Source of the DNA: Neophaeotheca triangularis | Taxonomy: Eukaryota | Reading direction: 5' to 3' | Length of the DNA: 64,000 nt | NCBI GenBank assembly: GCA_054600435.1 | Contig: BAAIJX010000019.1 | Location: 248,001 to 312,000, forward strand | Shown: positions 22,089-34,871 of the stretch, one piece after another | Layout: every line of letters begins with the position of its first letter | Numbering within the stretch: the stretch's first letter is position 1 | Translations under genes and position numbers: made by a program | Notes under the pieces: generated by a model | The model's input: only the letters and a program-made list of their open reading frames with translations | What the model was told of the DNA's origin: nothing | Databases searched by the model: none

Positions 22089-23060
22089 ATGGCCCCCCAC
22101 ACCCCAAACCCCAACCCTAACGCCCTAGTCCGCCAACTCCGCAAAGTCTACAACCCAGCCGGCTTCAGCAAAGGCTACAACTTCGCCCTCTTCTTCATAC
22201 TCGCCGGCGCCCTCTTCGGTTTCGCTCTCGCCCGCCTCTCCTACCTCGACATTACCAACACCTACTACACCTCCACAGCACCGGGTGAAGCCTACTGGCC
22301 GCGAAACTTCTCCCACTACCGCATAGGCATAACCCTACACCTCGCTTGCATCATACCGGCAGCGGTGTTGGTCGTTTGGCAGTTTCTACCGGTCATACGA
22401 CACAGGGCGTTGATACTGCATCGTGTCAATGGCTACGCGGTAAGCCTGCTGCTGCTGGTGTCGAATGTTGGGGCGTTGATGATAGCGAGGAGGGCTTTTG
22501 GCGGCGGGCTGGAAACGCAGGGCTTTGTAGGGGTATTGGCGATTATGACTACGACGGGGACGGTGTTGGCGTGGGTAAATATCAAGCGCTTGCAGATTGA
22601 TCAGCATCGGGCTTGGATGCTTAGGACGTGGATTTATGCCGGCTGTATTGTCACTGTGCGGCTGATTATGGTTTTGGCGACGCTGGTGGTTAGTCGGGTG
22701 GGGAGTTATTGGGTTGCTATGCCTTGTGAGGTGGTTGCTGATGTTGCGGGGACGCGGGAAGGGTATGCCGGTTGTGAGAATGGTGGGAGTGGGATGGCGG
22801 CTGTTCATGCGGATTTTGAGGGAAAGATCGAGGAGATTGCTGCGAGCCTGCAAATTACTTTTGGTATGGCTTGTTGGATGGCTTTGGCGCTGCATGCGGT
22901 AGGGGTGGAGGTGTATTTGGCCTTCACGCCTGTTGAGGGGGAGAGGCTGAGGCGGGTTAGTTATGAGAGGCAGCTGGAGAGGGGGTTCGAGGATCCGGGG
23001 AGTGCTGGGTTGACTGTTGAGCGATTTGGGGATGCCGAGGCTTGGAAGCCGAAGAAGTAA
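22089..23060 (+). CDS. DUF2306-like multi-pass membrane protein
   Basis: Several hydrophobic helices with the motifs GF.KGYNF.L, LHR.NGY and QIDQHRAWMLRTW.Y. An alternative upstream ATG lies at 22050. Confidence 0.8.
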   Translation: MAPHTPNPNPNALVRQLRKVYNPAGFSKGYNFALFFILAGALFGFALARLSYLDITNTYYTSTAPGEAYWPRNFSHYRIGITLHLACIIPAAVLVVWQFLPVIRHRALILHRVNGYAVSLLLLVSNVGALMIARRAFGGGLETQGFVGVLAIMTTTGTVLAWVNIKRLQIDQHRAWMLRTWIYAGCIVTVRLIMVLATLVVSRVGSYWVAMPCEVVADVAGTREGYAGCENGGSGMAAVHADFEGKIEEIAASLQITFGMACWMALALHAVGVEVYLAFTPVEGERLRRVSYERQLERGFEDPGSAGLTVERFGDAEAWKPKK

Positions 23061-24001
23061 GAGCCAAAAGTCGAGGCTGGCGCTTGATAGGTAGGTAGGT
23101 ATAAGGTAGGTACTAGTAGTTTTGATGTCAGCGTGAACGGTAGCGCTCATATTAGGACCATGATTTTTCGAACACAACTTTTATGTTCGCTTCTGCCTAT
23201 CGAAAATGTGATGAGATGGAAGCAAATGCGGCCAAAGAAGCACATGAACACCGTTTTCTGCGAATCGTGTGCAGCTACTGTCAAAGTCGTCTAGCCAGCG
23301 TGCCAGCAAGGCCATGGCCTACCTCCCTACCTACCACATCTCCACAAATCACACCGCTCCCAAGGAAGTGTAAAAGCTCGACAGGGAGTCAGAAAAGAAA
23401 AAGAGGTGGCCAGTAATGCGTCGCGCCGATGAACCAGTGCTGGCCCGCAAAAGTCCGGTCGGGGATGCGTGGTCGACAAAGCAAGAATCCTGGGGGTGAT
23501 ACAAGGATGCTATTATGCCAACATGTACCGCGAAGACTTTGTCATGTAGGCCTCACGTTCCTCGTTGATAGGTGCTGGTGGCGAGGAGCAAGCAGTGTGA
23601 GATGGAGCGTGCCGGGAAATGGTGATGCATCTCGACGCACACGTTGTGTAGTTTCCAGACATGATGAGGCATTTTTAATAGAGTTGGCCAATTGGTTGCG
23701 GTTGGCCACCTTAGCTAGGTATTGGTTTTGGTATGTATCGTATTGGCTAGGAATAAAGTGTGTGAGGAGGGAGGAGGGAGGAGAGAGGAGAGAGCGAGAG
23801 TGGAGGGGTGCCTTACCTAAGGTGGTACTTAGCTCAGGTCTCGTCTCATCTCGTCTCGTTAGAGTTGCCGGGGCCGAAAGACAGCACAGTGGACTGGACT
23901 ACAGTGTGACGTTCCTCCATCAATCTTCCCTTCCATTGCTTGACTCGTGCCTCTTTCGTCCCCAATCACCTTCACCCGCCCGAAACGTGGGCCAACGACT
24001 T

Positions 24002-24023
24002 TCTCTCTCTCTCTCTCTCTCTC
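24002..24023. repeat. (TC)n microsatellite in the KCS1 5' region
   Basis: About 11 TC units, read directly. Confidence 0.9.
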
Positions 24024-24263
24024 GCACTAAAACAACACCACTAAGATCCTCGCAAACCATATCACTGCCAACACCGCCTCCGGCAGACCACAAACCCAAT
24101 CCCCCACCAACGCCAACGGCTACACAACGCCCAGGCACACTTATCAGCCGCATCTGCACCGCGTTCAAACGGCTGTGCTTGCTTGATTGCACCACGCTAC
24201 ATCCTTCTCCGCCCCCAATTGGACCGTCGCTCTACCAGCACAGAGAGGTCCAATGTTAGCCTC

Positions 24264-27200
24264 ATGTCGCCCGCTCCTTCTGCGCCACCAAGGCCGCAGT
24301 CTTCCCACGGCTTGAGACGGCATTCCAAAGAGAGCAATCTCTCACCCTCAACCCACAATGTCAACTACATTCCCTCCTCGACCGAAACCTCCACAACCTC
24401 CTCTTCTTCTTCGGCCGCTGCTGACGACGACGACGACGACGACGACGACAAGGTCGTGACCAGCGCTGAAGTGGTACCGTCCCGCTCCCCAATAACCCTC
24501 CCCGTCGCTCGTGCCAAGCGCCGCTCTCCAAACTCCAAGACCGCTCCTCCGCCTGTAAAACACTCCTTCTCTTCTCCCGGTCGCTCTCTCAAAGATGCTA
24601 CCCAGCCCATTTACGACGAGCGCGATAGCATCTTTGCCACACATTACTTACCCAGCGATAGTCCCGTGACGTCCCCGATTTCATTCCGGAAGAGTCGAGA
24701 AGGAACCTCCACCGAGATTGCCAAAGCCGATCAAGAAGCCTCGAGCATGGCAACTGCTACAGAGACCCGAACAAACAGCGCCGCGTCGGCGTCACATCGC
24801 CGCAGTGAAATAAAGATGCCGCAACAAACGCAGCGCCATTCACTATACGATCTCCACGAGCTCGAAGGTTTCCCGATCGCGAGTTTGCTACGCGATGTGA
24901 AAAATGACGACCCGCCCTTCTCCGCCGCAAGCGAAGCCTACGAACGTCAAAACACCCCGACAACACCATTGGCTGAACAAGAAGCACCGTCAACGCCCCA
25001 GGATTTGACTCGAAGTGCAGAGAGGCAGCAGTATCGATCTTGGAGAGAAGGAAAGGCCAAGATTAATGGTTTATCCATTATGGCTTCACAACGCCGGCAG
25101 AGTAGGACCGAGCTGGGAGTGGATACCAAAATCGACGCGCAACTTCCCCCATCTGAACCACCAATTGCGAACGTGAGGAGTCGCAAGGCTTCTCATTACC
25201 TCGGTCTGTTCAAGGAAAACGAAGTCGAAGAGCGGAAACAAAAGGAGAAGCATACCAGCGGGCTGCAGCAAGATGCCATCCCGGAAACTAGTGAGCAGGA
25301 AGAGGGAGAGGAGCGTTCGCGCTCCAAGCGTCAGCGTACTGAAGACCACGCTGAAGTTGAAGAAGACATTACGAGCATCAACGTTACTGCGGGAAGAACG
25401 GCGCATCGAGTACCCTTGGACCTGCTTGAAGAGATCCGCAACCACCACCACCTAGCACCAGGTCGCGCCCGCAAAATCTCCTACGCAAAGGACGTACCTA
25501 CGCGCAAAGAGCATCCTGCAGTCGACAAAATCCGAAAGGCATCGCTGGACGAGGATGAGGAATCAGACGGCGAACACATTTCGTCCGCTACGTACTTTCC
25601 GCACAAAGGCGTCACCATAGGCGACTCACCTATACAAGAGGCTATGCAAGAGCACAAGATCCCTGCGAAGCCCGTCATAACCAAACAAGAGGCTATCCCT
25701 GATGAAAATGCAAAAGAAACGGATGATGTGCAGATTGCATTGCGTTCCGAAGATGCCAGCGATTGCCTCCATGGAGACATGACCATGTCGAGAACAGCTT
25801 CTACCCATGACGCTGATGCCGAGTACAAACCACCTCCAGCTGCCGAACGCTATCTGTCTGATTCGGATTATGAATCCGGCTACGATACTGCCGGTGAGTC
25901 GCTCGTCTCTGAGGAAGAAACAACCCCTACAGCCACACCGAGAAGCAAGTCATACATTGATGAGCACAAGCGTCGTCGATCGCAACACAAACATCAACCC
26001 CCAGCACCGGTCGGAGCAGTGGAACTCAAGCCCTACAAACATCAGGTCGGTGGTCATACTAGAGTCTATCGTTTCTCGCGTCGCGCAGTTTGCAAGCAGC
26101 TCAATAGCAAAGAAAACGAATTCTACGAGACTATCGAGCGCAGTCATCCAGAGTTGCTAGGTTTCATGCCAAGGTAAGACTGACATTTGTTCTCTCGAAT
26201 GGTGGTGCAACCACATGCCATCTCCACGCGCCGAAATTTCGTCTGTCGAATCATCAAGCTAACGTGCGCGACAGGTACATTGGTGTGCTCAACGTCACTT
26301 ACCGCAAAGCTCCCAAGAAGCGCCGACCAACTGTGACAGAGGTTGGCGGCAAGGATGGTGTCTCGAGCGCTGCCAAAGCAGATGGCCATGATTCTGCAGC
26401 GAATGGCAAGCAAAGCGACGGCGAAAATGGGGAACGAGGCAAACGCGAGGAAGAGGAACGTGTCATTAGCCACTCTCAACAAGACCCAACTTCCATCCCC
26501 CAAGTCATCTTTGAGAACAACCGCCACATTATCCCAGAGGATCTCTTTCGTTTGCCACCGAGACAACGCACGCCCATGAATAGATCCGCAACTTCACCCG
26601 CAAGGCAGCTTCTTGGGCTTGGCGAGGATGACAATGAGGAGCACAGCCCAGATGACCGTCGTCCGTCTTTCCGACAATGTTCAAGCTGGGGCTATACTAC
26701 AGTCAATCAAAAGCTGCAGGCAGAGGTTCTCAAGGAGGTTTTTTCCGCGCCAAAGATTCATCGCCACGATCGTCGAGACCGAAGCCATCATACCCGCTCG
26801 CTTCGCAAGATACCAAAAGACGTGGCCGACACTCTCGTCGACAGCACAACCCTCGAGCGGCGTAACAGTGCTGCGGATGTCTCGACCCTGCGCGATACCA
26901 TAGCTGACAGCTCCGATACCCGCAAGCTAGCTATCAAAAACCAATACGCACGTCGACAAATTGCCGGCAGCGATCGGGCCACTACAGATTTTGACCGGCT
27001 ACTGCGGGCCAATGCCGAAGGCTTGAGCAAGAGTGCCGAGACATCCGAGGCTGAACAAGCCCACGCAAACGCACATGGCCGAAGCCACAGACGTAGGCAC
27101 TCTGGTAGCGGCCTCGTGAGAAAGCCCGCAGGAGTCGACGGTAGCAGAGGCGACCTCGAATACCATGAAGACGATGCGTACGGGGCCGACGCCGAAGACG

Positions 27201-28303
27201 ACGTCTTCTCCATGGACGACCTCAAGCAAGCAGCGCAGCCCTTCACCGCCCCGGCAACCCCCGTCAAAGACAACACGGGCGGCACCAACGACCACGACCC
27301 GGGTGCCCTTGAGACCACCCCCTCCCTCGACGCCCCCTTCCCCCTCACCACCGCCACCGAACCCCGCAATCCCGAAGCATCCCTCGTCCAACAAGATGAA
27401 CGCGTCGAGCACTTCCTCCTCCTCGAAGACCTGACCGCGGGAATGTCCAAACCCTGCGTCCTGGACCTCAAAATGGGCACCCGCCAATACGGCGTCTCCG
27501 CCACGGCCAAGAAGCAAGCTTCGCAGCGCCGCAAATGCAAAACCACAACCTCGCGCGAATTAGGTGTCCGCGTCTGCGGCATGCAAGCCTACAATGTGCG
27601 CACCCAAACCTACGCTTTCGAGGACAAGTACTTCGGACGCGACCTCAAAGCCGGCGCCGAGTTCCGCGACGCCCTGAAACGCTTCTTCTTCGACGGCATC
27701 GGACACGCACAAGCTCGCAAACACATCCCCTCCATACTGGAAAAAATCCTCTCCCTCGAAGCCATCATCCGCCAGCTGCCCGGGTACCGACTCTACGCCA
27801 GCAGCCTCCTCATCATCTACGACCGCGGCGACGCCGACACGGCCGGAAAACTGCGGCCCCCGTCTCCCGCCGCCACAAACACGACTACTCCCCCCTCGGC
27901 TCCCCAACAACCATACCCAGACATCAAGCTCAAAATCGTCGATTTCGCAAACTGCGTAACTTCGGAAGACTCGCAACTCACGTCTACGAAACCCTGTCCG
28001 CCCCACGACCCGACGGGCGTCGATCGCGGCTACCTCCGTGGGCTGCGGACGCTGCGCATGTATTTCCAGAGACTGTGGCAGGAGTTGCGGGGCGAGGAGG
28101 GAGAGGCGGGTCTGATGGGGGGTTTTGGTTTCGGGCGCGGTGGCAGCAATGGCGGAGAGGGTTTTGTCGAGAGGGGGGAGGGCGAGGGCTTGGTTTTGGG
28201 TGCCGGGGGCGAAATGGGCGGCGTCGGTGGTTTGGAGGGCAGTGTTACTCGTGTCGGCTGGGGGGAGGAGGATGAGGGCGGGGCTGGGTGGGTTAGTGTT
28301 TAG
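24264..28303 (+). CDS. KCS1: Inositol hexakisphosphate kinase Kcs1 (IPK family); intron 26174-26274
   Basis: Motifs [45 protein letters not shown] (PxxxDxKxG), SSLL and IVDFA. The N-terminus is long and disordered, with a poly-Asp (GAC)n tract. Confidence 0.94.
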
Positions 28304-28855
28304 GGTGTTTTTTTTTTAGCTCCTCGCTTGTTTTTTGGTTTTGGGGTTGGGGGGGTCTGTTTGGAAGGGGTCGGGGTGGGTTAGGCACTGGGGTTCGGGA
28401 CTAGGTTTGCGTGCGTTTTCTTTGGGCCGATGGGTTGAGGACTACACGGGAGTTTCTTCTGACCAGGTCTTGGGGCTCGAAAAAGTGTAGCAGTAGGCAC
28501 GGCTTTCCTCCTTTTTTCTTCTTCTCCCTTCTTCATCTCTTTTCTTTTGTCCCGGCTGCAAAGAACTGCACGAGTCCATCTTGTTCTTGAACCCGGGCTC
28601 AGGTGCTTTGACTGGGGCTTTGGGTCGCGACTTTTGACCTTGTGTACTGATATCTGACCATTTATGCTGTGGAGAATGCAAGCTGGGATGGCTGACTCTG
28701 AGCACGACCGCGCGGTTGCTTGGGCTTTTACGTTTTCCTTCGTGAACAGCCGACTTGGTAGTTCTTTCTTTGCTCTCTGGCGAGTAGATGGAGATGGAGG
28801 GGAGGGAGCGGTGGAAGGGATTAGGGAGGGAGGGAGGGGGGCATGGCGTGGTTAT

Positions 28856-28925
28856 CGAGTCGAGTCCAGTCAAGTCGAGTCATGTCAAGTCGAGTCATGT
28901 CAAGTCATGTCAAGTCAAGTTCAGT
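28856..28925. repeat. Degenerate pentanucleotide tandem repeat (CnnGT) x14
   Basis: cgagt/ccagt/caagt/catgt units, read directly. Confidence 0.85.
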
Positions 28926-29835
28926 CGCTGCATAGCACTACATTGCCTTGCCCGCTCTTCACTACTCAGGTACCTTACTTATCGATTCCCTCCAACGCCG
29001 TGCCTGCCATCTCATCTAGCCTTGGGTAAATCCCCAGCACCTGCACCAGCTCTTTTCGCTTTCGTGCGCCCGCCGGCATTCCATTGCATTCAACCAACGG
29101 AGCTATTGTGCACGCCTTCTCCCACACCAAAAAAAAAAAAAAGGAAAAAAGAAAAAAAAGAAAACCCACGTCAATGATACACGAGACTTGATACATTTCC
29201 CCGACCGCAAGGAGGCAAGCAAGCATCCTCCCGTTTTCGAGCAGAGAGCACGCACGAACAAACGAGTGCGCAAACTGAAAGGCCCCCGTCCACCGCAACT
29301 GCCAGGCCAGACCAGGACAAGAAAGAAAGAAACGAAACACACCCCCCCTCCCTCCCTTTTCCGCTGCTTCGAGCAAAAACCCCCGCTCTCGTTTTCCAAG
29401 CGCCGACCAGACCAGTAGACCGCCCATGCTCTCCCATCATCAGACCACCACCCCCTCAAACAACATCCATTCCCAAAAAAAAACCAGACGGATCCCCAGA
29501 TCCATCCAACCCCAAAGCCACCCCGGTCCCCCCCAAAAAAGAAAAAAAGATATTCTCCCGAAGTCACTCCCACCCAATCTTCCCAATCCTCTCAGCAAAA
29601 ACCACCCGCCTGCCCGGATGCGGGACCTCACCCGGATGCGTGACGAGACCCCTCGGCAGCGAGCCCGAGCCCGAGGGGGTCTCAGCCTCATGAGCGAAAT
29701 CAGCACTGGTGGTGTCGCGGGAGTCGATGCCGTACGAGCCCCGGGGCAGCAGGATACCGGGGACGCGACGACGACGACGACGACGAGAAAGGGAGCCGGG
29801 GCCGGGGCCGGGGCCGGGGCCGTCGCTCGTTGCCC

Positions 29836-29867
<32 letters not shown>

Positions 29868-30134
29868 TTGTCGGCGGCGGAAGAGTAGATGGAAGAGCCG
29901 GCACGGCGGTAGGGAGCATCGGTTTCTGCGACCCCGTCCTGCTCGGTGGAAGCAGCAGCGGGAGCGTTCCCACCAACGCGAGAAGCGGTGCGGAGGTTTA
30001 TCTTGGACCTGGGCACATTGGAAAGATAGTTGGGGTTAGTGGGGAAGATTTTAGCATAGCACGTCAGAGAGAGGGGAAAACTGGACGGGAAATTGGGAGG
30101 AGTTAGAAATTTCGTGGTAAAAGTCCTGCAAAGC

Positions 30135-33100
30135 TCACATGAACCGTCTGAAGCCCTTCTTCTCCTTTTCCTTTTCCTTGTCGTTACCGCCGGCGCTATC
30201 GGCCATGCTGCTACTGCTTCCTCCGCCACCGCCGCCATTCTTGTTGCCATCTTTGTTCTTGAGTTTGACGTTTTGCGCGCCGCCTGTCGTTTTCAAATCA
30301 ATGGTTTCATCGTTAGCGCTCACGAAACTGCGTCTGCTTATTCTCTCTTTTGCGTCGCGCTTTTCGCGTCTGGTTTGCCGCCTTCTCCTCACTCAACCGC
30401 GGAAAGAACATGAGATGAGGTGGGAAGCGCGACGCAGGGAGTTGCGAAACTTACCACGACCGAAGACGCGGACTTCGCTCTTGGGGGTGATTTTGTCCGA
30501 TTTCTTCTTGTTGTTGCTGCCGTCGCTGCCTGCCTCGCTAGGAGCGGGTTTGGCGTTGTTGTGGGAGCTTGCGTGCTGTTGCTGGCCGTCTTCGGGCAAG
30601 GGCGCAGTGCGGTTGAAAGTGCTGCGGATGCCACTCGAGGCTGAAGAGACCATGCTCGGGTTGCGGCCGGGCATGTGGTGGTGGGGCGTTTGGGGGTGTG
30701 AGTGGGATTGTTGGGGAGGGGCGCTGTGGTTGCCGATGCGACCTTGAATTGGGAGACCGGTGGAGCCGAGAGCTGGGTGGGTGGGGAAGCGAGGGGGATT
30801 GGCGCTTTGAGATTGGTATTCTTGGAAGCGGTGCGTGCTTGTGGGGTCCGAGGTGGAAATATTGGCGGGTTGGTAGTGGTAGTCGGAGGTTTCGGGAAGG
30901 GTGTTGTGGGTGCGAGGTACGATGTCGGGGGAGCGCAGGTCGCGGACTTGGAAGTCGTCGGAGGTGATGCGCTGATTTGGGCTTGTCGTGCTGTCGGTCG
31001 GCTTGAAGACGTAGGACTCGTTGCCGGGATTGTAGTCGATCTGGCGAGGCGTGTCGAGCTGCGCCTTCAGCGACTGGTATTCGAGCTCGAGATCGGTGTA
31101 CTTCTCCAACAAACGGGTGTGCGCTTTCTTCATCTGCGCGAGCTTGGTCTGACTTTCGGCCACGGCGGTCTGAACAGCAGCCTGTACGTTTTGCTGGTGC
31201 CCGGACTGACCAAAAGGCTCGAGAGCTTCGTACCGCGCCTCAAGGTCAGAGATCTTGTCCAAGTGCGCCACGCGAGTACGCTCTAGATTATCGATGCGCA
31301 ACTCATCCGTCTTCTTCTCGCTCGACAAGATGTCGGCCTCGCGTTTCGCCTGCGCAAACTCAAACTCACGGTCTTCGTAATCGCGAATTCTGTGCTCGGC
31401 TTCCTCGATCATGCCGTGCATCTTGTGCATCTGATCCACGTGACGCTGCATGATTTCGAGATTGTGCGAGTTCTCGAGCTCGCGGGCTTCGCTCTGGACA
31501 AGAAGTTCCCTATACTCCTTTGATTCTTCGCGAAGACGGCGCAGCTCATCCTTTTCGCTCAAGAAGATCTCCTGCTCTTTGCGCAATTTGTTGTACCTTT
31601 CCGAGAGGTGTGCTTCGAGATGTGTCGAGTTGTTGCGGGTCAGCCCGGCGTCCCTACTGGTCTTTGAGCGGGAATCCATGAGATTTTTCAGCCGCATCTG
31701 GAGCCTGCGGTTCGAGTGAATGAGATTCAGATTCTCGGCATCGGCTGTACAATCCTTGGTGTTCTTGCGAGCAATTTGGCCAATGCGTTGCGAATACTGG
31801 GCCTTTTGCCACTGCTCGAAGTTGAGTTGGCTGCGCAAGAGGGCAATCTCGCGCTGAAGGTACTCGAGGTTGGTGATAGGCTCGTCGTTCATGGCATCTC
31901 CTAACATCTTGGAACTGTCGGGTCGAGGAAAGTCATCCAAACTCGGTCCATCCTTGGAGGGCGCGGCGAACTGGTTCGCAGATGGACGACCCCCTTCCGT
32001 ACCAAACCCTTCGCCAGACTCATTACCAAGCTTTTTCAGGCTATCCACATCGACGCCGGTAGGAGACTGCACGGCTGTAGATTGAGTGTTGCGCCAGCTA
32101 TTTCCTGAACGGAGGCTCGCATGGCTCTGAGTAGGAGACACACCGCGGCTTCCCGAAGAATTAATAGTAGGTGGGTCTGGGAGCTTGCCAGTAGGCGGAG
32201 GGCCCGGTGGTGCTAAAGCGGGCTTACCGTGAAGGCATAGTGAGTGGCACTCAGCGGCGACTTCAGCGGCCTCCATCTTCGTCCACTTTGGGTCCGTAAG
32301 CTCCTCCTCAATGGTGACGCTGTAGAAGTTTGGGTGCAGCAGATGCTCTTGGCGGAACACCTCGCTGCGGCTGCGAATCACAACCTGATTCAAATCGAAG
32401 TCGTCGGCACCCGGAAAATCAATGTTCTTGAGGAACTTTCTGGACTTGCGGATGTAGCTCATGAAGTGCAGCGGGTAGAGACCGTAAAGGTAGGTATAGT
32501 AGGTGCCGACTTCAGGTCTCGGGGGCTGGACAGCGTTCTCCGCTGCTTCCATCCTCTCCCATTTGGCGTCGAGGCCCACCTCGCCCGAGTCCGACGCAGA
32601 GTGAACAAGCCTGTCGTCGAAGACCACCTTCCTTTGCTGGTAAGTGTTGGGTGGGTTGAATCTCTCCCAGCACAGCAGGCGGCTGTAGATGATGAAGAGC
32701 TGCGGGAGATACGGCCCAAGAGAGCTCGGGACGTGCGGTAGCAGCATAACGAGCGATGTGAGCGCGACGGAAAGGATCGGCGTGACAGTATCGTTCATCA
32801 AACACTTGACAACTTGTTCGACGATGGGGGTCTGCGCGGCGAGATACAAGCGCGGCGATTGGTGGCGCAGAAACGAAGTGAGTAGCGTCAGGCCCTGCAT
32901 GCGAGTTGCGCCAGCCTTGATGAGATCGCTCAGTCCGTGGAAGAGATTGTTAGGCTGCTTCTGACCGAAGGCGCACAGGATGTTCTCCACCTGCACCGCA
33001 ATCTGCTGGTTGTCGCGCGCGGAGTAGTCGTCGTTCTCGGTCACGTCCTTGGTGCGCATAACGTAGATGTTCAGTAGCTCCTTGCAAAGGCTAGCCACCA

Positions 33101-33701
33101 GCACGGTATGTCCGGGCTCAGCCTCTCCATCCTCTTCTTGAACCATGACTCCCACTATGAAATCCTGCGCATCTTTCAGGGCCGTCTTGGAGTAGCCGAC
33201 GTTGCTGACGATTGGCTTCACCACAAATTCCCACCATGCTACGATGTTGTCTTTTCCCTCAACCGCGAAACTCAACTCCTTCAAGACACCGGCGAAGATT
33301 CCAATCTTCTGTGGGATGTCTCCGACGTATTTATCGTAGAAAGAAGAGAGCTCATGAGCGGCCTGGTCGGCTTCTTCACCCGTGAGGTTGCCGTCGTGCT
33401 GTTCGACGAAGTTTTGGAGCTGGCGTCTGGCGTCGTTGGGTAGCGACTGCGGGAGCTTGGGGGTGGTAAAGTGGATTTGGAGCGCCCTGGTGACACTGGT
33501 GATGCTTCTGTGTTGGTGAGTGAGGTTAGCGAGGTTGAGCTGGGAAAATGGTTTCGCTATGCGATCCATGTTTGCGCAGGTCCAGCAGCAGTGTATGGAC
33601 GCGATTGTGTAGCAGAAAGCGTAGGCCAGTGTAGATCGCGTGAAAACAAGTCAATCACATGGCTAAGAAGGGGGGGTTTTGGCGGCTTACCTCGAGCCCA
33701 T
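30135..33701 (-). CDS. TSC1: Hamartin (Tsc1); 11-nt first exon, introns 33508-33690 and 30284-30454; possible extra exon 29564-30008
   Basis: CLMNDT...VMLLPH.P..L..YLPQLFIIYSRLLCW, YTYLYGLYP.HFMSYIR and HLLHPNF, then a long coiled coil and the spliced C-terminal motif SEVRVFGRGGAQNV. ATGGGCTCGAG|GTAAGC joins in frame to RSITSVTRAL. Confidence 0.92.
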
Positions 33702-34871
33702 CTTGGCCCCGGATCTCTAGTCTGCGCGGACTGGATCAGGGGTGCGAGAGTGGGATGTTGCTGAGCCGACTCTTCCTGGTGAGCCGACTGGTGCGGAAGT
33801 GTCGGTTTGCCGGGCGAATGTTCAAGCGTGGTGAATGCAGGTGGTAGTAGTCAAGTGCCGGCTGCGGTTCATGACTTTCCAAAGTAGCGGACCAGAGTGG
33901 TGGGTGAGCTTCTCTTGTAAGCGAGGTTTAGAAGCGAGGTGAGGTTTTGGGGTGAGGAGTCAAGGGTGAGGGGGGGAATGCAGGTTCAGGCAGTAGGGTA
34001 AGGTCTAAGTGAGAAAGGGGACGAGTGAGCTGAAGAACGCGAAGAGCAAGGATTGGTAAAAGTGAGGGAGTGAATGGTCAGGTCAAATGAAGCAGCTTAC
34101 TACTTTAGGAAGCACACCAAGCCACGCTTCACTCGATGCATTCACTTCGCTCACTCACTTCAAGACACGGACTAGGTAAGGTAGTGGTAGTGGTAGGTGG
34201 AGGAGAAAAGAGTATGCGACTCGACCTACTCTGCAACTATCTCAGCCGTGCTCGACGCAGGCTCGTCCGCATTGGGCTGCCCCAGGCTGTAATGAGTGTC
34301 TCGTCGCGCGCCCGGCGTACAGTATCGTGGAATCTGGCCTCTGCCTATGATGGTTTCCTGCTAACAATCATGATAGCCTCGTTCGCGCGTCTTGTTATCT
34401 CCGCCTGAGTCGCAAAAGTAAAATAGGAGGTAAGAAGTAATAACAAGCCGCCGGATGCAACTTTTTCTGCACGGCGCAACTGCGTGACAGGACGGTGGGA
34501 TCGCGCCGACGAGCCAAGAAGCCTCCCAATCCAAGCTATCGGGTCGACTGACAATTCCGAGCAATAATACCAGACACCTCCTAGGTAGGTAATACAGTAT
34601 TATTAATATCAATAATAATGCTGCCCAGATGGTGGTTGTTCGATGAAGATGAGAGCACGACTGTCGATTGGATTGGAGCGATTGCAGACGTCAGATAACG
34701 AAGGCTGACGGCTCCTCCCGAAACGGTTAAGCTCCCGCAACTGACCTCAGGATGCTTCCGACAACGACTTCCCTATCTCCCATCCTCCTCCTTCCAACAA
34801 CCACCCGACCTGACTCTCCCTGACACAAGCCTCGTGAACCAAACCCCCTTGTCTTTGATAAGATGAGAGCC

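Noticed and set aside
23429..24259. 276-aa ORF upstream of KCS1
   Set aside because: It runs through the (TC)n microsatellite and promoter-like sequence and has no protein-like composition.
29426..30106. 226-aa plus-strand low-complexity ORF
   Set aside because: It is better explained as the antisense of the putative TSC1 extension exon.
34284..34300. AGGCTGTAATG resembling the 5' end of fungal SRP RNA
   Set aside because: The Alu hairpin is not completed and no helix-8 AGG..GNRA..AGCAG motif follows.
34863..34871. ATGAGAGCC before a donor, resembling the RPL41 first exon (MRA)
   Set aside because: The downstream exon does not encode KWRKKR.
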